A stretch of DNA of 64,000 nucleotides from Vicinamibacteria bacterium (GCA_041481445.1 JBGPBV010000007.1:5365-69364), one strand, 5' to 3'; shown: positions 36,734 to 48,751, counted from the first letter of the stretch. Made by a program: numbers and translations. The notes: generated by a model not told the origin, from the sequence alone.

Positions 36734-37783
36734 CTATCCCCCTTCCTGTCCGGTGTGGATCGGCTCCATGCGGGGCCCCGTCGGCATCTCGTGCGTGTCC
36801 GGCAGCGCGGCCGGCTCCGGGGTGGGCGGTCCCCCCGGCTTGGAGGTCGCCACCGGCTCCGGCGGCTCCTTGGCGTAGATGCGGTCGCGGAAGCGCAGGT
36901 CGAAGTACTCCGCCCGCGGGCAGCGCTCCCGCAGCTCCTGGCGCAGCCCGAGGAACGTGACCAGGCGGCTCCGGTAGGGCGGCGCCCCCATCCGTACGAC
37001 CTCGCCCGCCCCTCGCAGCACGACCCGCAGGTCCCCCGAGGGCTCGACCTCGACCTCCGAGATCTCCGCGGCCAGGTCGCCCACGTCCTGCAGGAGCGCG
37101 CCCGCCCGCGCCGCCCGGTCCCGGCGGGCCTCCGCGTCGAGCTTGGCCAGGCCGCGCACGATGGGCAGGTCGAAGGCGGCGGTGCGCGGGCCGTAGATGT
37201 CGACGAGGGCGCCGTCGCCGTCCATGAGGTAGAGGCGGTCCATCTCGGCCAGGGCCAGCGGGACGCGCTCGTGGATCTCCACGCGCAGGGTGTCGGGCAG
37301 GGTGCGCGACACGGTCGCGTCGGCCACCCAGGGCGACGCGCGCAGCCGGGCCTTGAGGGCGTCGATGTCGAGCCCGAGGATGTTCTCGCCCACGGCCGGG
37401 CCGAGCAGCTCGCGCACCTCGCCCTCGGACAGGAAGTGCCCGCCGCGCACCTCGACCTTGCCCACGCGCAGCCTCTCGCTCGCCATGACCCGCGAGTACC
37501 CGGTCCAGAGCGCGCTGACCCCGATCAGCAGCGCCGCCCCGAGCTGGAGGGCGAGCACGGTGCGATGCGTCCAGCCCCGCCGCCGCGGCCGCACCCGCGC
37601 CCGGCGCGCGGGGCGCAGGAACGGCGCGTCGTCCACGGGGTCCAGGGCCGGGTCGAGGGTGAGGTCGGGCGACGGAGGCACGATGAGACGCCGTTGCGCG
37701 GGCTCGGGGGGCAGCGGATTGCGAATGGTCAAGGATTCGCCCCCGCTTGTCGGGACTTGAGGAGCTCGTCGCCGGCGGTCCAC
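36734..37783 (-). CDS. ftsQ: Cell division protein FtsQ/DivIB (POTRA domain); N-terminus overlaps the murC 3' end
   Basis: Basic cytoplasmic tail, single TM, POTRA-like region ([17 protein letters not shown]) and a beta domain, in the conserved position between murC and ftsA. Confidence 0.8.
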   Translation of the reverse strand: MDRRRRAPQVPTSGGESLTIRNPLPPEPAQRRLIVPPSPDLTLDPALDPVDDAPFLRPARRARVRPRRRGWTHRTVLALQLGAALLIGVSALWTGYSRVMASERLRVGKVEVRGGHFLSEGEVRELLGPAVGENILGLDIDALKARLRASPWVADATVSRTLPDTLRVEIHERVPLALAEMDRLYLMDGDGALVDIYGPRTAAFDLPIVRGLAKLDAEARRDRAARAGALLQDVGDLAAEISEVEVEPSGDLRVVLRGAGEVVRMGAPPYRSRLVTFLGLRQELRERCPRAEYFDLRFRDRIYAKEPPEPVATSKPGGPPTPEPAALPDTHEMPTGPRMEPIHTGQEGG

Positions 37784-39114
37784 ACGCTGCCCGCGCCGAG
37801 GGTGAGCACCACGTCGCCCTCGCGCACCTCGCGGGCCAGGCGGTCGGCCGCCGCCCGCAGGTCGCCCGCGTAGACGACCTGGCGGTGGCCGCGGCGCGCG
37901 ATTGCCTCCGCCAGCGCCTGCGAGGTCACCCCCGCCACCGCCTCCTCGCCCGCCGGGTAGATGTCGGCCAGGAGGAGCACGTCGGCCAGGTGGAAGGCGC
38001 GGCAGAACTCGTCCCAGAGATGGTGGGTCCGCGTGTAGCGGTGCGGCTGGAACAACACCACCGTGCGCCGGCTTCCCGCGCGGCCACGCAGCGTCTCCAG
38101 GGTGGCGCGGATCTCCGTCGGGTGGTGGCCGTAGTCGTCGACCACGAGCACGCCGCCCGCCTCCCCGCGGACCTGGAAGCGCCGGTCGACGCCGGTGAAG
38201 CCGGCCAGGCCCTGGCGGACGTTCTCGAAGGACACCGCCAGCTCGAGCCCGACCGCGACCGCGGCCAGGGAGTTGAGCACGTTGTGGGCTCCGGGCACCG
38301 CCAGCTCGATCTCGCCCAGCGGCTTCTCGCCGCTGGTGGCGAGGTAGGTGGCCTCGCCGGGCCCGAGGCGCACGTCGCGCGCGGAGACCTGGGCCTGCGG
38401 GCTGAGGCCGTAGGTGACGATGCGGCGCTCCACCCGCGGCAGGATGTCCTGGATCGGCCCGTCGTCGAGGCAGAGCACGGCCGCGCCGTAGAAGGGCACC
38501 TTGTTGACGAAGCCGAGGAAGGCCTCCTGCACGTCCGCGAGGTCCCGGTAGGTGTCGAGGTGCTCGCGGTCGATGTTGGTGACCACGGCCACGGTGGGGG
38601 TGAGCTTGAGGAACGAGCGGTCCGACTCGTCCGCCTCCGCCACCATGAAGTCGCCCTTGCCCAGCCGCGCCCCCGAGCCCAGCACGCCCAGCCGCCCGCC
38701 CACCACCACCGTCGGATCCAGCCCGCCCTTGTCGAGGACCATCGCCACCATCGAGGTCGTGGTCGTCTTGCCGTGGCTACCCGCCACCGCCACGCCGTAC
38801 TTGAGGCGCATGAGCTCGGCCAGCATCTCCGCGCGCGGGATGACGGGGATGCCCAGCCGGCGCGCCTCCATCACCTCGGGGTTGGTCGGACGCACCGCGG
38901 TCGAGATCACGACGACATGGGCGCCGGCGACGTTGGCGGCGGCGTGCCCCTCGGCGATCCTCGCGCCCTGCCCGGCCAGCCGGTCGGTCACGGGCGACCG
39001 CCGCTGGTCGGACCCGGAGACGACGTAGCCCAGGTTGAGCAGCACCTCCGCGATGCCGCTCATGCCGCTGCCGCCGATGCCGACGAAATGGATGTGGCGG
39101 ATGTGCCCGAACAT
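37729..39114 (-). CDS. murC: UDP-N-acetylmuramate--L-alanine ligase MurC
   Basis: [32 protein letters not shown] motif. It is the 3' segment of the 1157-aa track ORF. Confidence 0.95.
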   Translation of the reverse strand: MFGHIRHIHFVGIGGSGMSGIAEVLLNLGYVVSGSDQRRSPVTDRLAGQGARIAEGHAAANVAGAHVVVISTAVRPTNPEVMEARRLGIPVIPRAEMLAELMRLKYGVAVAGSHGKTTTTSMVAMVLDKGGLDPTVVVGGRLGVLGSGARLGKGDFMVAEADESDRSFLKLTPTVAVVTNIDREHLDTYRDLADVQEAFLGFVNKVPFYGAAVLCLDDGPIQDILPRVERRIVTYGLSPQAQVSARDVRLGPGEATYLATSGEKPLGEIELAVPGAHNVLNSLAAVAVGLELAVSFENVRQGLAGFTGVDRRFQVRGEAGGVLVVDDYGHHPTEIRATLETLRGRAGSRRTVVLFQPHRYTRTHHLWDEFCRAFHLADVLLLADIYPAGEEAVAGVTSQALAEAIARRGHRQVVYAGDLRAAADRLAREVREGDVVLTLGAGSVWTAGDELLKSRQAGANP

Positions 39115-40184
39115 CACGCCACCTTCCCTTCGAGCAGGTCGGCCACGCGGGCGGCGGCGTCGGGGCGGGCCAGCTTCCGCGCCGCCTCCTCCATCGCGGT
39201 GAGCCGGGCGGGGTCGCCGAGCAGCTCGGTGAGGACGGCGGTCAGGCGCTCGGGCGTGAGGTCCTTCTCCTCGATCATGCGCGCCGCCCCCGCCTCCTCC
39301 AGGGCGCGGGCGTTGCTCGTCTGGTGGTCGTCCGCGGCCTGCGCGAAGGGGACGAGCACCGAGGCCTTGCCGGCCGCCGCCAGCTCGGCGGCGGTGGTGG
39401 CGCCGCTGCGGCACAGGACGAGGTCGGCCTGGGCGAAGCGCGTCTCCATGTCGTCGAGGAAGGGCAGCACCTCCGCCTTGCGTCCGGCCGCGTTGTAGGC
39501 CTCCGCCACCTCGTCGCGGGAGGCGGGTCCGGTCTGGTGGACGATCTTGAGCCGGTCCGGCCCCGGCAGCAGGCGGGCGGCCGCGGTCAGCGTGCGGTTG
39601 ATGATCCGCGCGCCCTGGCTGCCCCCGAAGGTGAGCAGGGTCAGCGGCGGCACGTGCCACTTGGGCACCAGCTTCGCGAAGCCGCCGCGGACGGGGTTGC
39701 CCGTCACCACGCCCTTCTTCCCGAAGAAGCGGCGCGCCTCTTCGTACGAGCAGGCGGCATGGCGCACGAACGGCTTGAGGACGCGGTTGGTGAAGCCGGG
39801 CTTGGCGTTGGGCTCGAGCAGCACCGTCGGGATGCGCAGGAGGGCGGCCACGAGGACGGTCGGCCCGCCCGCGTAGCCGCCGACGCCGAGCACGGCCAGG
39901 GGCCGCAGGCGCCGCACGAGCAGGACGGCCTTGACCATGGCCCACGGCAGCGCGAGGAGGCCCTTGACCATCCGTACGGGCCCGACGCCGTTGAGAGGGA
40001 GGATGGGCAGCAGCTCCAGGTCGTAGCCCGCTTGCGGGACCAGGCGGGACTCGAGTCCCCGCGGCGTCCCCACGAAGACCACGCGCGTCTGGGCGTCGCG
40101 GGCCTTGAGCTCGTCCGCGACCGCGATGCCGGGGAAGAGATGCCCTCCCGTGCCGCCGGCCGCGATGAGGATGGTTCGTGCCAT
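39114..40184 (-). CDS. murG: UDP-GlcNAc:undecaprenyl-PP-MurNAc-pentapeptide GlcNAc transferase MurG
   Basis: [10 protein letters not shown]-terminus and GT28 C-terminal domain. Confidence 0.95.
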   Translation of the reverse strand: MARTILIAAGGTGGHLFPGIAVADELKARDAQTRVVFVGTPRGLESRLVPQAGYDLELLPILPLNGVGPVRMVKGLLALPWAMVKAVLLVRRLRPLAVLGVGGYAGGPTVLVAALLRIPTVLLEPNAKPGFTNRVLKPFVRHAACSYEEARRFFGKKGVVTGNPVRGGFAKLVPKWHVPPLTLLTFGGSQGARIINRTLTAAARLLPGPDRLKIVHQTGPASRDEVAEAYNAAGRKAEVLPFLDDMETRFAQADLVLCRSGATTAAELAAAGKASVLVPFAQAADDHQTSNARALEEAGAARMIEEKDLTPERLTAVLTELLGDPARLTAMEEAARKLARPDAAARVADLLEGKVA

Positions 40185-40187
40185 GGC

Positions 40188-41279
40188 TCAGTCCGCATGC
40201 TGGGTGATGTTGAGCAGGAAGCCGACGCTCACCAGGGTGAACAGCAGCGACGACCCGCCGGCGCTGATGAACGGCAGGGGTATGCCCTTGGTGGGCAGGA
40301 GCCCGAGCACGACGCTCACGTTGATCAGGGCCTGGAGGACGATGGACAAGGTGAGGCCGGCCGCGAGGTAGGTCCCGAACGCGTCCGGCGCCTTCCAGGC
40401 CGCGCGCACTCCGCGCCAGAGCAGGAGGACGAAGGCCAGGAGGACGGCCCCCGCCCCCAGGAGGCCCAGCTCCTCGCCGATCACGGCGTAGATGAAGTCG
40501 CTGTACGGGTAGGGCAGGTAGAAGAGCTTCTGGCGGCCCTCCATGAGGCCCACGCCGGTGAGCCCGCCCGTGCCCACCGCGATCAGGCTCTGGATGATCT
40601 GGTACCCGGAGCCGCGCGCGTCCGACCACGGGTTGAGGTAGGCCTCGATCCGGTCCCGGCGGTAGGCGGCCATCATGATCGCCTGGTAGAGCAGGGGCAG
40701 GCCGAGCAGGGCGAGGGCGGCGAAGTAGCGCAGGCGGACGCCGGCCAGGAACAGCATCACGCAGCCGATGAGGATGATGGTGGCGGCGCTGCCGAGGTCG
40801 GGCTGGATGAAGACGAGGAAGGCGAACCAGCCCAGCAGCAGCAGCACCGGGAAGAGCGAGGGCAGGAACTCGTTGACGTTCTCGCCGCGGCGCTCGAGGT
40901 GGTAGGCCAGGAACAGGATGGTGGCCAGCTTGGCCATCTCCGCCGGCTGCAGCGAGAGCTGGCCCAGCCGGATCCAGCGGTGGGTGTCGTTGACGGCGGG
41001 GAGGAACAGGACGGCGATGAGCAGGACGAGCGCGCCCATCACCGCCGAGTACACGACGGCCGGGTGCCGCAGCTTCCGGTAGTCCATGCGCATGGCGGAG
41101 ACCAGGCAGACCAGACCGACGCAGGCCCAGACCACCTGGCGGATCAGGAAGTGATAGGCGTTGCCGTAGCGCTCCTGGGCCAGGCCGCTCGAGGCGCTCC
41201 ACACCATGACCAGGCCGATGCCGAGCAGGGCCACGGTCACGGCGAAGAGGGAGGCGTCGGAGGAGAGCTTCTTCGCCAT
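40188..41279 (-). CDS. ftsW: SEDS-family peptidoglycan glycosyltransferase FtsW
   Basis: 10-TM SEDS protein with the conserved [11 protein letters not shown] region. Confidence 0.93.
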   Translation of the reverse strand: MAKKLSSDASLFAVTVALLGIGLVMVWSASSGLAQERYGNAYHFLIRQVVWACVGLVCLVSAMRMDYRKLRHPAVVYSAVMGALVLLIAVLFLPAVNDTHRWIRLGQLSLQPAEMAKLATILFLAYHLERRGENVNEFLPSLFPVLLLLGWFAFLVFIQPDLGSAATIILIGCVMLFLAGVRLRYFAALALLGLPLLYQAIMMAAYRRDRIEAYLNPWSDARGSGYQIIQSLIAVGTGGLTGVGLMEGRQKLFYLPYPYSDFIYAVIGEELGLLGAGAVLLAFVLLLWRGVRAAWKAPDAFGTYLAAGLTLSIVLQALINVSVVLGLLPTKGIPLPFISAGGSSLLFTLVSVGFLLNITQHAD

Positions 41280-41302
41280 CTAGCGTCCTCGCGGGGGGGC
41301 CA

Positions 41303-42670
41303 TCATGGCTGTTTCTTCCGCTCGATCAGGCGGCGCACCTCGTCCTTGAAGGCGCGGCCACGGGCGGCGTAGTCCTCGAACATGTCGAAGGAGGAGCAGG
41401 CGGGAGCCAGGAGCACGACGTCTCCGCGCGCGGCCAGGCCGCGCGCGCGCTCGACCGCCTCCCGCATCGAGCCGCAGGGCACGACGGGGACCACGCCCCC
41501 GAGGGCGGCCACGATGCGGGGGGTGGCCTCGCCGATGGCGAGCACCGCCTTGCCCCGCGCGCGCAAGGCCGGCCCGAGGTCCGCGAAGTCGCCGCCCTTG
41601 TAGCGGCCGCCCAGGATCGGGAGCACCGGACCGTCGAAGGCCTCCAGGCTCCGGCGCGCGGCCTCCACGTTGGTGGCCTTGGAGTCGTTGAAGAAGACCA
41701 CGCCGTCGACCTCGGCCACGCGCTCGAGGACGTGCTCGACTCCCGCGTAGGAGCGGACCGCGCGCCCGATGGCGTCGGGCGGCGCGCCCATCAGGCGGGC
41801 GGCCGCCGCCGCCGCCAGCAGGTCGGACGCGAGGTGGGCGCCGGGAAGCCGGACCTCCGCGCGCTCGAACAGCGCCTCGTCCAGGCCGTCCGTCCGCAGG
41901 CGCGCCGTCGCGGCGTCGAAGAACGCGCCCTGGGTCGCGCCCGCCACGGGATGGAATGCGACCTGCCGCGCGCGCCCCCGCCGGGCGAGGGCGAGCACGG
42001 CCGGATCGTCGGCGTTGACCACCGCCCAGTCCCCCTCGTCCTGGTTCGCGAAGATGCGCGCCTTGGCCTGCGCGTACTCCTCGTAGCTCGCGTGGCGGTC
42101 GAGGTGGTCGGCGGAGAGGTTGAGGAAGACGGCCACGTGGGGCCGGAAGGTCTCGGTGCCCTCGAGCTGGAAGCTCGAGACCTCCAGCACGAACACCGTC
42201 CGGTCGGTCGAGCCGTCGACGATCCCGGTCAGGGCCTGGCCGATGTTCCCGCCCACCCGCACGTCACCGCCCTTCTCGCGCAGCATGGCGCCCATGGCGG
42301 CGGTGGTGGTCGACTTGCCCTTGGTGCCCGTCACCGCCGCCACCGTGCCCTTCAGGAGGCGAAAGCCCAGCTCCAGCTCCGCGAGCACGGGGACTCCGGC
42401 CACCCGCGCCGCCTGCAGCTCCGGGATGGTGGAGGGGACGCCCGGAGACACCACGATCATCGAGGCGCCCGTGAACGTCTCCGTGCGATGCCCGCCCGTC
42501 TCCAGGCGCACGCCCTCCTTCTCCAGGTCTAGGACCTCCGCCGGGAGCTCCCCCGGCCCTTTCCGGTCGGTGGCCACGACCCGCGCCCCCCGCCGCGCGC
42601 AGAGCCGCGCCGCCGCGACACCCGAGCGCGCGAGGCCGACCACCACGACGTCTTTCCCCTCCAGCTCCAT
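41303..42670 (-). CDS. murD: UDP-N-acetylmuramoyl-L-alanine--D-glutamate ligase MurD
   Basis: N-terminal Rossmann GLARSG, Mur ligase central GTKGKSTT, position in the dcw cluster. Confidence 0.93.
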   Translation of the reverse strand: MELEGKDVVVVGLARSGVAAARLCARRGARVVATDRKGPGELPAEVLDLEKEGVRLETGGHRTETFTGASMIVVSPGVPSTIPELQAARVAGVPVLAELELGFRLLKGTVAAVTGTKGKSTTTAAMGAMLREKGGDVRVGGNIGQALTGIVDGSTDRTVFVLEVSSFQLEGTETFRPHVAVFLNLSADHLDRHASYEEYAQAKARIFANQDEGDWAVVNADDPAVLALARRGRARQVAFHPVAGATQGAFFDAATARLRTDGLDEALFERAEVRLPGAHLASDLLAAAAAARLMGAPPDAIGRAVRSYAGVEHVLERVAEVDGVVFFNDSKATNVEAARRSLEAFDGPVLPILGGRYKGGDFADLGPALRARGKAVLAIGEATPRIVAALGGVVPVVPCGSMREAVERARGLAARGDVVLLAPACSSFDMFEDYAARGRAFKDEVRRLIERKKQP

Positions 42671-42709
42671 GGGCTCCTCACGGCGACCGGAACATCCTCA
42701 TCGGCGCTC

Positions 42710-43801
42710 TCACCTCAGCTTCACCGTCGTGAGGCTCAGCAAGGCGAAGATGAAGGCGACGATCCAGAAGCGGACGACGACCTGCGTCTCCTTCCAGCCG
42801 ATGAGCTCGAAGTGGTGGTGCAGGGGAGCCATTCGGAAGACGCGCTTGCCGCGCAGCTTGAACGACACGACCTGCACGATCACGGACAGCGCCTCGATCA
42901 CGAACATCGCGCCGATGCTGAAGAACAGCACCTCCTGTTTGGTGAGGATGGCCACGGTGCCGAGCGCGCCGCCGAGGGCCAGCGAGCCCACGTCGCCCAT
43001 GAAGATGTGGGCGGGATAGCAGTTCCACCAGAGGAACCCCGTCGAGGCCCCCACCATCGCCCCCATGAAGATCGTGACCTCGCCCACGCGCGGGATGAAC
43101 AGCAGGTCGAGGTAGCGCGAGAACACCGCGTGGCCGGTCACGTAGGTGAGCACGGTGAAGGCGGCGGCGGCGATGAGGGTGGTGCCGATGGCGAGGCCGT
43201 CGAGGCCGTCGGTCAGGTTCACCGCGTTGGAGGCGAAGGCCACGAACAGCACCGCGAACGGGATGTAGAGCAGGCCCAGGTCGGGCAGGAGGGTCTTGAA
43301 GAAGGGCAGGGTGATGTGGGTCGAGTAGGTGGCGGGGTCCACCCGCGCGAACCCGTAGACGTAGACCCCGATCGCGAAGCCGATGGCGAGCTGGAGGTAG
43401 AGCTTGCTCCAGCCGCGCAGGCCGAGGCTCTGCTTCTTGACGACCTTCAGGTAGTCGTCGGCGAAGCCGATGGCGCCGAAGGCCACCGTCGACAGGACGG
43501 CGATCCAGACGTTGCGGTTGGTCAGGTTCGCCCACAGGAGGGTGGGGATCACGATGCCGGCCAGGATGAGCAGGCCCCCCATGGTGGGAGTGCCCTTCTT
43601 GGCCTGATGGGCCTGCGGCCCCTCCTCGCGGATGTACTGCCCGACCTGCAATCGCCGCAGCCGCTCGATCATCCAGGGGCCGAGGATGAGCACGAGGAAG
43701 AGCGCGGTGAGGCTGGCCACGGCCGTGCGGAACGTGATGTACCGGACCACGTTGAACCCGGACACCTGCGTGTGGAGCGGGTACAGGAGGTGGTAGAGCA
43801 T
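42710..43801 (-). CDS. mraY: Phospho-N-acetylmuramoyl-pentapeptide transferase MraY
   Basis: DD motif (GFADDYLK), NAVNLTDGLDGLA, HHH motif (PLHHHFE). Confidence 0.96.
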   Translation of the reverse strand: MLYHLLYPLHTQVSGFNVVRYITFRTAVASLTALFLVLILGPWMIERLRRLQVGQYIREEGPQAHQAKKGTPTMGGLLILAGIVIPTLLWANLTNRNVWIAVLSTVAFGAIGFADDYLKVVKKQSLGLRGWSKLYLQLAIGFAIGVYVYGFARVDPATYSTHITLPFFKTLLPDLGLLYIPFAVLFVAFASNAVNLTDGLDGLAIGTTLIAAAAFTVLTYVTGHAVFSRYLDLLFIPRVGEVTIFMGAMVGASTGFLWWNCYPAHIFMGDVGSLALGGALGTVAILTKQEVLFFSIGAMFVIEALSVIVQVVSFKLRGKRVFRMAPLHHHFELIGWKETQVVVRFWIVAFIFALLSLTTVKLR

Positions 43802-45219
43802 CAGCGCCCATCCGTTTCGCCGAAGCGCGCCACCAGCGCCTCCACCACCTTCTCCATGTGCGCCCCGTGCGAGCCCTTGACGAGGACGGCGTCACCCGGC
43901 GCCACCAGCGTGGCGACCTCGGCCGCCGCCGCCGCCGAGTCCGGGAACTCGCGCAGGGCGGACACGGCGAAGCCGGCGCCGCGCGCGCCCTGCACGAACT
44001 CGCGCCCGAGCGCGCCCACCCCGACCACCGCGTCCGCGCGGCCGGCCAGCTTCGCGCCCGTCTCACGGTGCAGCTCCGGCCCCGTGGGCCCCAGCTCGAG
44101 CATGTCGCCCAGGATCACGACCCGCCGGCCCGGCGCGGCCAAGCCGAGCGCGGCCACCGCCGCCTCCACCGCGATCGGGTTCGAGTTGTAGCTGTCGTCG
44201 AGCAGCGTGATGCCCTGGCCCAGCCGGCGCACCTCTCCGCGGCTGCGGGCCGCCTTCATCTGCGTGGCCGCCTCCACGATGGTCTCCGCGGGCACGCCGA
44301 GGGTGTGGGCGGCGGCGGCGGCGGCCAGGAAGTTCATCAGGAAGTGGGGCCCGGGCAGGGGCAGGGCCACGTCGTGGGCCCGCCCGTCCAGGCGCAGGTC
44401 GAAGCGCATGCCGTGGATCGTCCCCCGCCAGCTCTCCGCGGAGACGTCGCACCGGCGGTCGCGCCCGAACCAGACCGTGCGGCCCTTGCGCTCCTCCCCG
44501 ATCCTCCGGACGCGCGGGTCCTCCCAGTTGAGGACGGCCACGCCGTCGGCGTCGAGCCCCTCCAGGATCTCCGCCTTGGCCGCCGCGATCGCGTCCACGG
44601 AATCGAAGAACTCGAGGTGCACGGGTGCGACCATCGTGATGACGGCGACGTCGGGACGCGCGATGGAGGAGAGCTCGCGCAGCTCACCCGCGGCGGACAT
44701 GCCGAGCTCCAGGACGGAGAAGCGGTGCTCGGGCCGGAGGCGCAGCAGGGTCAGGGGGAGGCCGTACTGGTTGTTCAGGTTCCCTTCCGTCTTGAGGACC
44801 GGGCCCTGGGTGGCCAAGAGCGCCGCCGTCATCTCCTTGGTGGTCGTCTTGCCCGCGGAGCCGGTGACGGCGACGACGGGGATGGCGGCCTGGAGGCGCA
44901 CGTAACGGCCGAGGTCCTTGAGGGCCTGCGTGGTCTCGCCCACGTGGACGAGCGGGAAGCCCTCCGGCGCCGGGACGTCGCGATGGACGATCGCCGCCGC
45001 CGCGCCCTTCTCGATCGCGGGGGCCAGGAAGTCGTGGCCGTCGAAGCGCGGCCCCTTCACGGCCACGAAGAGCTGCCCGCGCGCGATGGTGCGCGAGTCG
45101 ATGGAGACCCCGGAGACGCCCGTGGCCGGGGGGCGCCCGGCCAGGCGGCCGCCGGTGGCCCCGGCGATGGCGTCCAAGGTGAGCGTGGCGTCGAGGGGGG
45201 TCACGGGGGCTCCCTTCAT
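43801..45219 (-). CDS. murF: UDP-MurNAc-tripeptide--D-Ala-D-Ala ligase MurF
   Basis: Mur ligase motifs (VTGSAGKTTTKEM) and C-terminal domain. Confidence 0.93.
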   Translation of the reverse strand: MKGAPVTPLDATLTLDAIAGATGGRLAGRPPATGVSGVSIDSRTIARGQLFVAVKGPRFDGHDFLAPAIEKGAAAAIVHRDVPAPEGFPLVHVGETTQALKDLGRYVRLQAAIPVVAVTGSAGKTTTKEMTAALLATQGPVLKTEGNLNNQYGLPLTLLRLRPEHRFSVLELGMSAAGELRELSSIARPDVAVITMVAPVHLEFFDSVDAIAAAKAEILEGLDADGVAVLNWEDPRVRRIGEERKGRTVWFGRDRRCDVSAESWRGTIHGMRFDLRLDGRAHDVALPLPGPHFLMNFLAAAAAAHTLGVPAETIVEAATQMKAARSRGEVRRLGQGITLLDDSYNSNPIAVEAAVAALGLAAPGRRVVILGDMLELGPTGPELHRETGAKLAGRADAVVGVGALGREFVQGARGAGFAVSALREFPDSAAAAAEVATLVAPGDAVLVKGSHGAHMEKVVEALVARFGETDGR

Positions 45220-46691
45220 GACTTGCCCGACCGGAGGGCGAGCCGGGACAGGATGTCCCGGGCCACCTGCCGGTCGTCGAAGGGGACCGTGCGGTCCCGC
45301 AGGACCTGGTAGGTCTCGTGGCCCTTGCCGGCGATCACGACCGCGTCGCCCGGCTGCGCCATCTCCAGCGCCCGCGCGATCGCCTCGCGGCGGTCCACGA
45401 TGGCGTGGCGCTCGGCCTTGCGGCCGCCGTTCATCCCCCTCTGTATCTCTTCGAGAATAGCCTCCGGGGGCTCGGAGCGGGGGTTGTCGGAAGTGACGAT
45501 CACGATGTCGCTCAGGCGCGAGGCGACCGCGCCCATGAGCGGCCGCTTGGTGCGGTCGCGGTCGCCGCCGCAGCCGAACACGGTGATGACCCGCGACGGC
45601 CCCAGCTCGCGCACCGTCTCCAGCAGGTTCTTGAGCGCGTCGTCGGTGTGGGCGTAGTCCACGATGACGGTGAAGCCGGCCGCCCCCGGCACGCGCTCCA
45701 GCCGGCCGGGCACGCCGGTCACGGTGGCCAGACCGGCCCGCGCCACCTCGGGGGCCACGCCCAGCGCCACCGACGCCGCGAAGCCGGCCAGCAGGTTCTG
45801 GACGTTGAAGCGCCCGACCAGCGCCGTCTTGACGTCCTGCGCGCCGGAGGGCCCGACGATGCGGAAGCGCGTGCCCTCCAGGCCCAGGCGGATGTCCTCC
45901 GCCCGGAAGTCCGCGGGCCGCTCGAGGCCGTAGGTCCAGACGGGCGCGCGGGCGGCGGAGACGAGGTCTCCCGCGCGGTCGTCGTCGGCGTTGATGACGG
46001 CGCGGCCGTCCGGCCGCAGGAGGTCCGAGAACAGCTTCCGCTTGGCCTGGAAGTACGAGTCCATGTCGCCGTGGAAGTCGAGGTGGTCGCGGGTGAGGTT
46101 GGTGAACACGGCCACGCGGAACTCACAGCCGGCCACGCGCTGGAGCTCCAGGGAATGCGACGAGACCTCGAGCACGGCGTGCGAGCAGCCCTCGTCCACC
46201 ATCTCGCGCAGGAGGGCCTGCAGGTCGGAGGACTCGGGCGTGGTGCGCGTGGCGTCGGCCAGGCGGTCGCCGATCCGGTACTGGACGGTGCCGAGCAGGC
46301 CCACCCGGTGGCCGGCCGCGCGCAGGGCGGCGTCGATCAGGTACGTGGTCGTGGTCTTGCCGTTGGTGCCGGTCACGCCGACCAGCTCGAGAGAGCGCCC
46401 CGGCTGTCCGAGCACCTCCGCCGAGAGCAGGGCCAGGGCCTCGCGGGCGTCCGGCACCCTCAGCCAGGGGCCCCCCGGCTCGGCCTCGCGCTCGGACGCC
46501 ACCGCCGCCGCCCCCTTCTTGCGGGCGGCCTCCACGAACTGGTGGCCGTCCGCGGCCAGCCCCTTGATGGCGACGAACAGCGCCCCCGGTCCCGCCTTGC
46601 GCGAGTCGTGGGTCACGGTCGTGATCGCGGTGGCGGGATCGCCGGCCAGGACCGACCCCGGCAGGCGAAGGGCGAGATCGGCGAGCCTCAT
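45216..46691 (-). CDS. murE: UDP-MurNAc-L-Ala-D-Glu--2,6-diaminopimelate ligase MurE
   Basis: VTGTNGKTTTTYL. DNPR motif (VTSDNPRSE) indicates meso-DAP specificity. 3' part of the 1152-aa track ORF. Confidence 0.93.
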   Translation of the reverse strand: MRLADLALRLPGSVLAGDPATAITTVTHDSRKAGPGALFVAIKGLAADGHQFVEAARKKGAAAVASEREAEPGGPWLRVPDAREALALLSAEVLGQPGRSLELVGVTGTNGKTTTTYLIDAALRAAGHRVGLLGTVQYRIGDRLADATRTTPESSDLQALLREMVDEGCSHAVLEVSSHSLELQRVAGCEFRVAVFTNLTRDHLDFHGDMDSYFQAKRKLFSDLLRPDGRAVINADDDRAGDLVSAARAPVWTYGLERPADFRAEDIRLGLEGTRFRIVGPSGAQDVKTALVGRFNVQNLLAGFAASVALGVAPEVARAGLATVTGVPGRLERVPGAAGFTVIVDYAHTDDALKNLLETVRELGPSRVITVFGCGGDRDRTKRPLMGAVASRLSDIVIVTSDNPRSEPPEAILEEIQRGMNGGRKAERHAIVDRREAIARALEMAQPGDAVVIAGKGHETYQVLRDRTVPFDDRQVARDILSRLALRSGKS

Positions 46692-48751
46692 CGGGCCGCC
46701 GCCCCCAGGGACGCGCTCGCCGTCACCGGAGAGGGCGCGGTCGTGGCCGCTCCTCCGAGATGGAGCACGCAGGTCATGCCCGCCTCGATCTCCGTCCCCG
46801 GCTCCGGCGATTGCGTGACCACGCGGCCGGATCCCTTCAGCTCCACGATGAGGCCGAGGCGGGCGGCGGTGGTCGCCCCTTCCCGCGCCGACCAGCCGCG
46901 CAGGTCGGGCATGCGGTCCGGATACCCGGCCGGGCCGCCGCCGGAGGTGGTGGACCCTGCGCTCGTGTCCGCGGCGGCCGCCGGACGGTAGGCCGCCGGA
47001 TGCGCCGTCTCCGGCCGGAACCCGGTGGCGCGCAGGACGCGGCCGGGGTCGTCGGGAGGCACGGCCAGCCGGCGCAGCGCGGGCTCGGCGATGCGCGCGA
47101 ACAGCGGGGCGGCCACGTCGCCGCCCTCGTTGGCGGGCCCGCGCGGGGTGTCGAGCGACACGAGCACGACGATGGCCGGGCGCGAGGCGGGCACGAACCC
47201 CACGAACGAGGCCACGTGATCGACCATCGAGTAGTGGCCGGACGCATCGACCTTCTGGGCGGTGCCCGTCTTGCCGGCCACGGCGTACCCGGGGAAGGCG
47301 GCGCGGTGGCCCGTCCCCCGCAGGACCACCCCGCGCAGGATGTCGGTCAGGGTGTCCGCGGTGGCGGCGTCCACCACCCGCCGCACCGCGGTCGGGCGGG
47401 CCTCGCGCACCACCCGTCCCTCGCTGTCCTCGATCTCGCGCACGATGATCGGCTTCATGAGGTACCCGCCGTTGGCCACCGCCGCCACCGCCGCCGTCAT
47501 CTGCAGGGCGGTCACGCCGATCTCCTGGCCGAAAGCGAGGGTGGGCAGGCTCAGGGCGCTCCAGCGGTTGGGCGGGCGCAGGAGGCCGCCGGACTCCCCC
47601 GGCAGCTCCACGCCGGTGGCGGCTCCGAAGCCGAACTGCCGCATGTAGCGGTTGAAGTTGTCGCGCCCCAGCCGCTGGGCGATGCGGGCCACGCCCACGT
47701 CGCTCGACTTGGCGATGACGTCGCGGAAGGTGAGCTGGTCGAAGACCTTGTGATCGTTGATGCGGATGCCCGCCACCTCGAGCGCGCCGTGGCCGCAGTC
47801 GATCACCTCGTCGGGATCGACCACTTTCTCCTCGAGGCCGGCGGCGGCGGTGATGATCTTGAACATGCTGCCCGGCTCGTAGGCGTCGGCGACCGCGCGG
47901 TTGCGCCAGCGCGAGCTCGGATAGGCGCCGAAGCGGTTCGGGTTGAAGGTGGGGCGGTTGGCCAGGGCCAGGATCTCGCCCGTGCGCGGGTCCATGACCA
48001 CCGCCACTCCCGACTGCGCCCCCGTGTCCTGCACCGCCTTCTCCAGCTCCCGCTCGGCCACGTGCTGGATGGCGTCGTCGATGGTGAGCACGACGGTGTG
48101 GCCCTCGGTGGACGGCTTCTCGGTGTGGCCGAGCGCGCGCCGGCGGGCGTCCGTGCGGATCACCACCTTGGCCGCGCGGCCGCGCATCACGTCCTCGAAC
48201 GCGTACTCGATCCCGCTCATGCCCGTGTTGTCGAGGCCCACGTAGCCGATGACGTGCGCGGCCAGCTCGCGCTGCGGGTAGTAGCGGCGGTTCTCGGTCA
48301 GGAAGCCGACGCCCTCGAGCTGGAGGGCGCGCACCGCGCGTGCGGTGCCGGGGTCCACCTTTCGCCGCACCCACACGAAGGCGCGCGTCTTCTCGAGCTG
48401 GGCGTGCAGCTCCTTGCGCGCGGAGGCGTCGAGCCCGAGGGCGCGGGCGAGGGCGGCGGCGGTGCCCGCCGCGTCCTCGATGTCCTGGGGCACCGCGTAG
48501 ATGCTCTCCGCGTCCACGCTCACGGCCAGGGGATGGCCGCTCCGGTCCACGATCGCCCCCCGGCGCGGGTCGAGGTTGATCGTGCGCTCGCTCTGGCGCG
48601 CGGCCTGGCGCTCGTAGGAGGCGCGGTCCATGAGCTGGATCTGGACCAGGCGCATCACCACCACCAGCGCCCACAGGCAGGCGGAGAGGGCCACCAGCAT
48701 GAGGCGCAGCCGCACCATGCGCTCGCGGGCGGACAAGGGGGCCGGGGTCAT
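46688..48751 (-). CDS. ftsI: Peptidoglycan D,D-transpeptidase FtsI (class B PBP3) with C-terminal PASTA domain
   Basis: N-terminal anchor and dimerization domain. Active site SMFK, SSD, KTGT(A). C-terminal ~65-aa PASTA-like module (MPDLRGWSAREGATTAARLGLIVELKGSGRVVTQSPEPGTEIEAGMTCVLHL). Confidence 0.9.
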   Translation of the reverse strand: MTPAPLSARERMVRLRLMLVALSACLWALVVVMRLVQIQLMDRASYERQAARQSERTINLDPRRGAIVDRSGHPLAVSVDAESIYAVPQDIEDAAGTAAALARALGLDASARKELHAQLEKTRAFVWVRRKVDPGTARAVRALQLEGVGFLTENRRYYPQRELAAHVIGYVGLDNTGMSGIEYAFEDVMRGRAAKVVIRTDARRRALGHTEKPSTEGHTVVLTIDDAIQHVAERELEKAVQDTGAQSGVAVVMDPRTGEILALANRPTFNPNRFGAYPSSRWRNRAVADAYEPGSMFKIITAAAGLEEKVVDPDEVIDCGHGALEVAGIRINDHKVFDQLTFRDVIAKSSDVGVARIAQRLGRDNFNRYMRQFGFGAATGVELPGESGGLLRPPNRWSALSLPTLAFGQEIGVTALQMTAAVAAVANGGYLMKPIIVREIEDSEGRVVREARPTAVRRVVDAATADTLTDILRGVVLRGTGHRAAFPGYAVAGKTGTAQKVDASGHYSMVDHVASFVGFVPASRPAIVVLVSLDTPRGPANEGGDVAAPLFARIAEPALRRLAVPPDDPGRVLRATGFRPETAHPAAYRPAAAADTSAGSTTSGGGPAGYPDRMPDLRGWSAREGATTAARLGLIVELKGSGRVVTQSPEPGTEIEAGMTCVLHLGGAATTAPSPVTASASLGAAAR

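Noticed and set aside
37729-41202. 1157-aa single ORF spanning murC, murG and ftsW
   Set aside because: Only the murC portion is in the functional frame. murG and ftsW are read in their own frames with canonical motifs.
45216-48674. 1152-aa ORF spanning murE and ftsI
   Set aside because: Same artefact as above. murE (45216..46691) is the real in-frame product, and upstream sequence is off-frame over ftsI.
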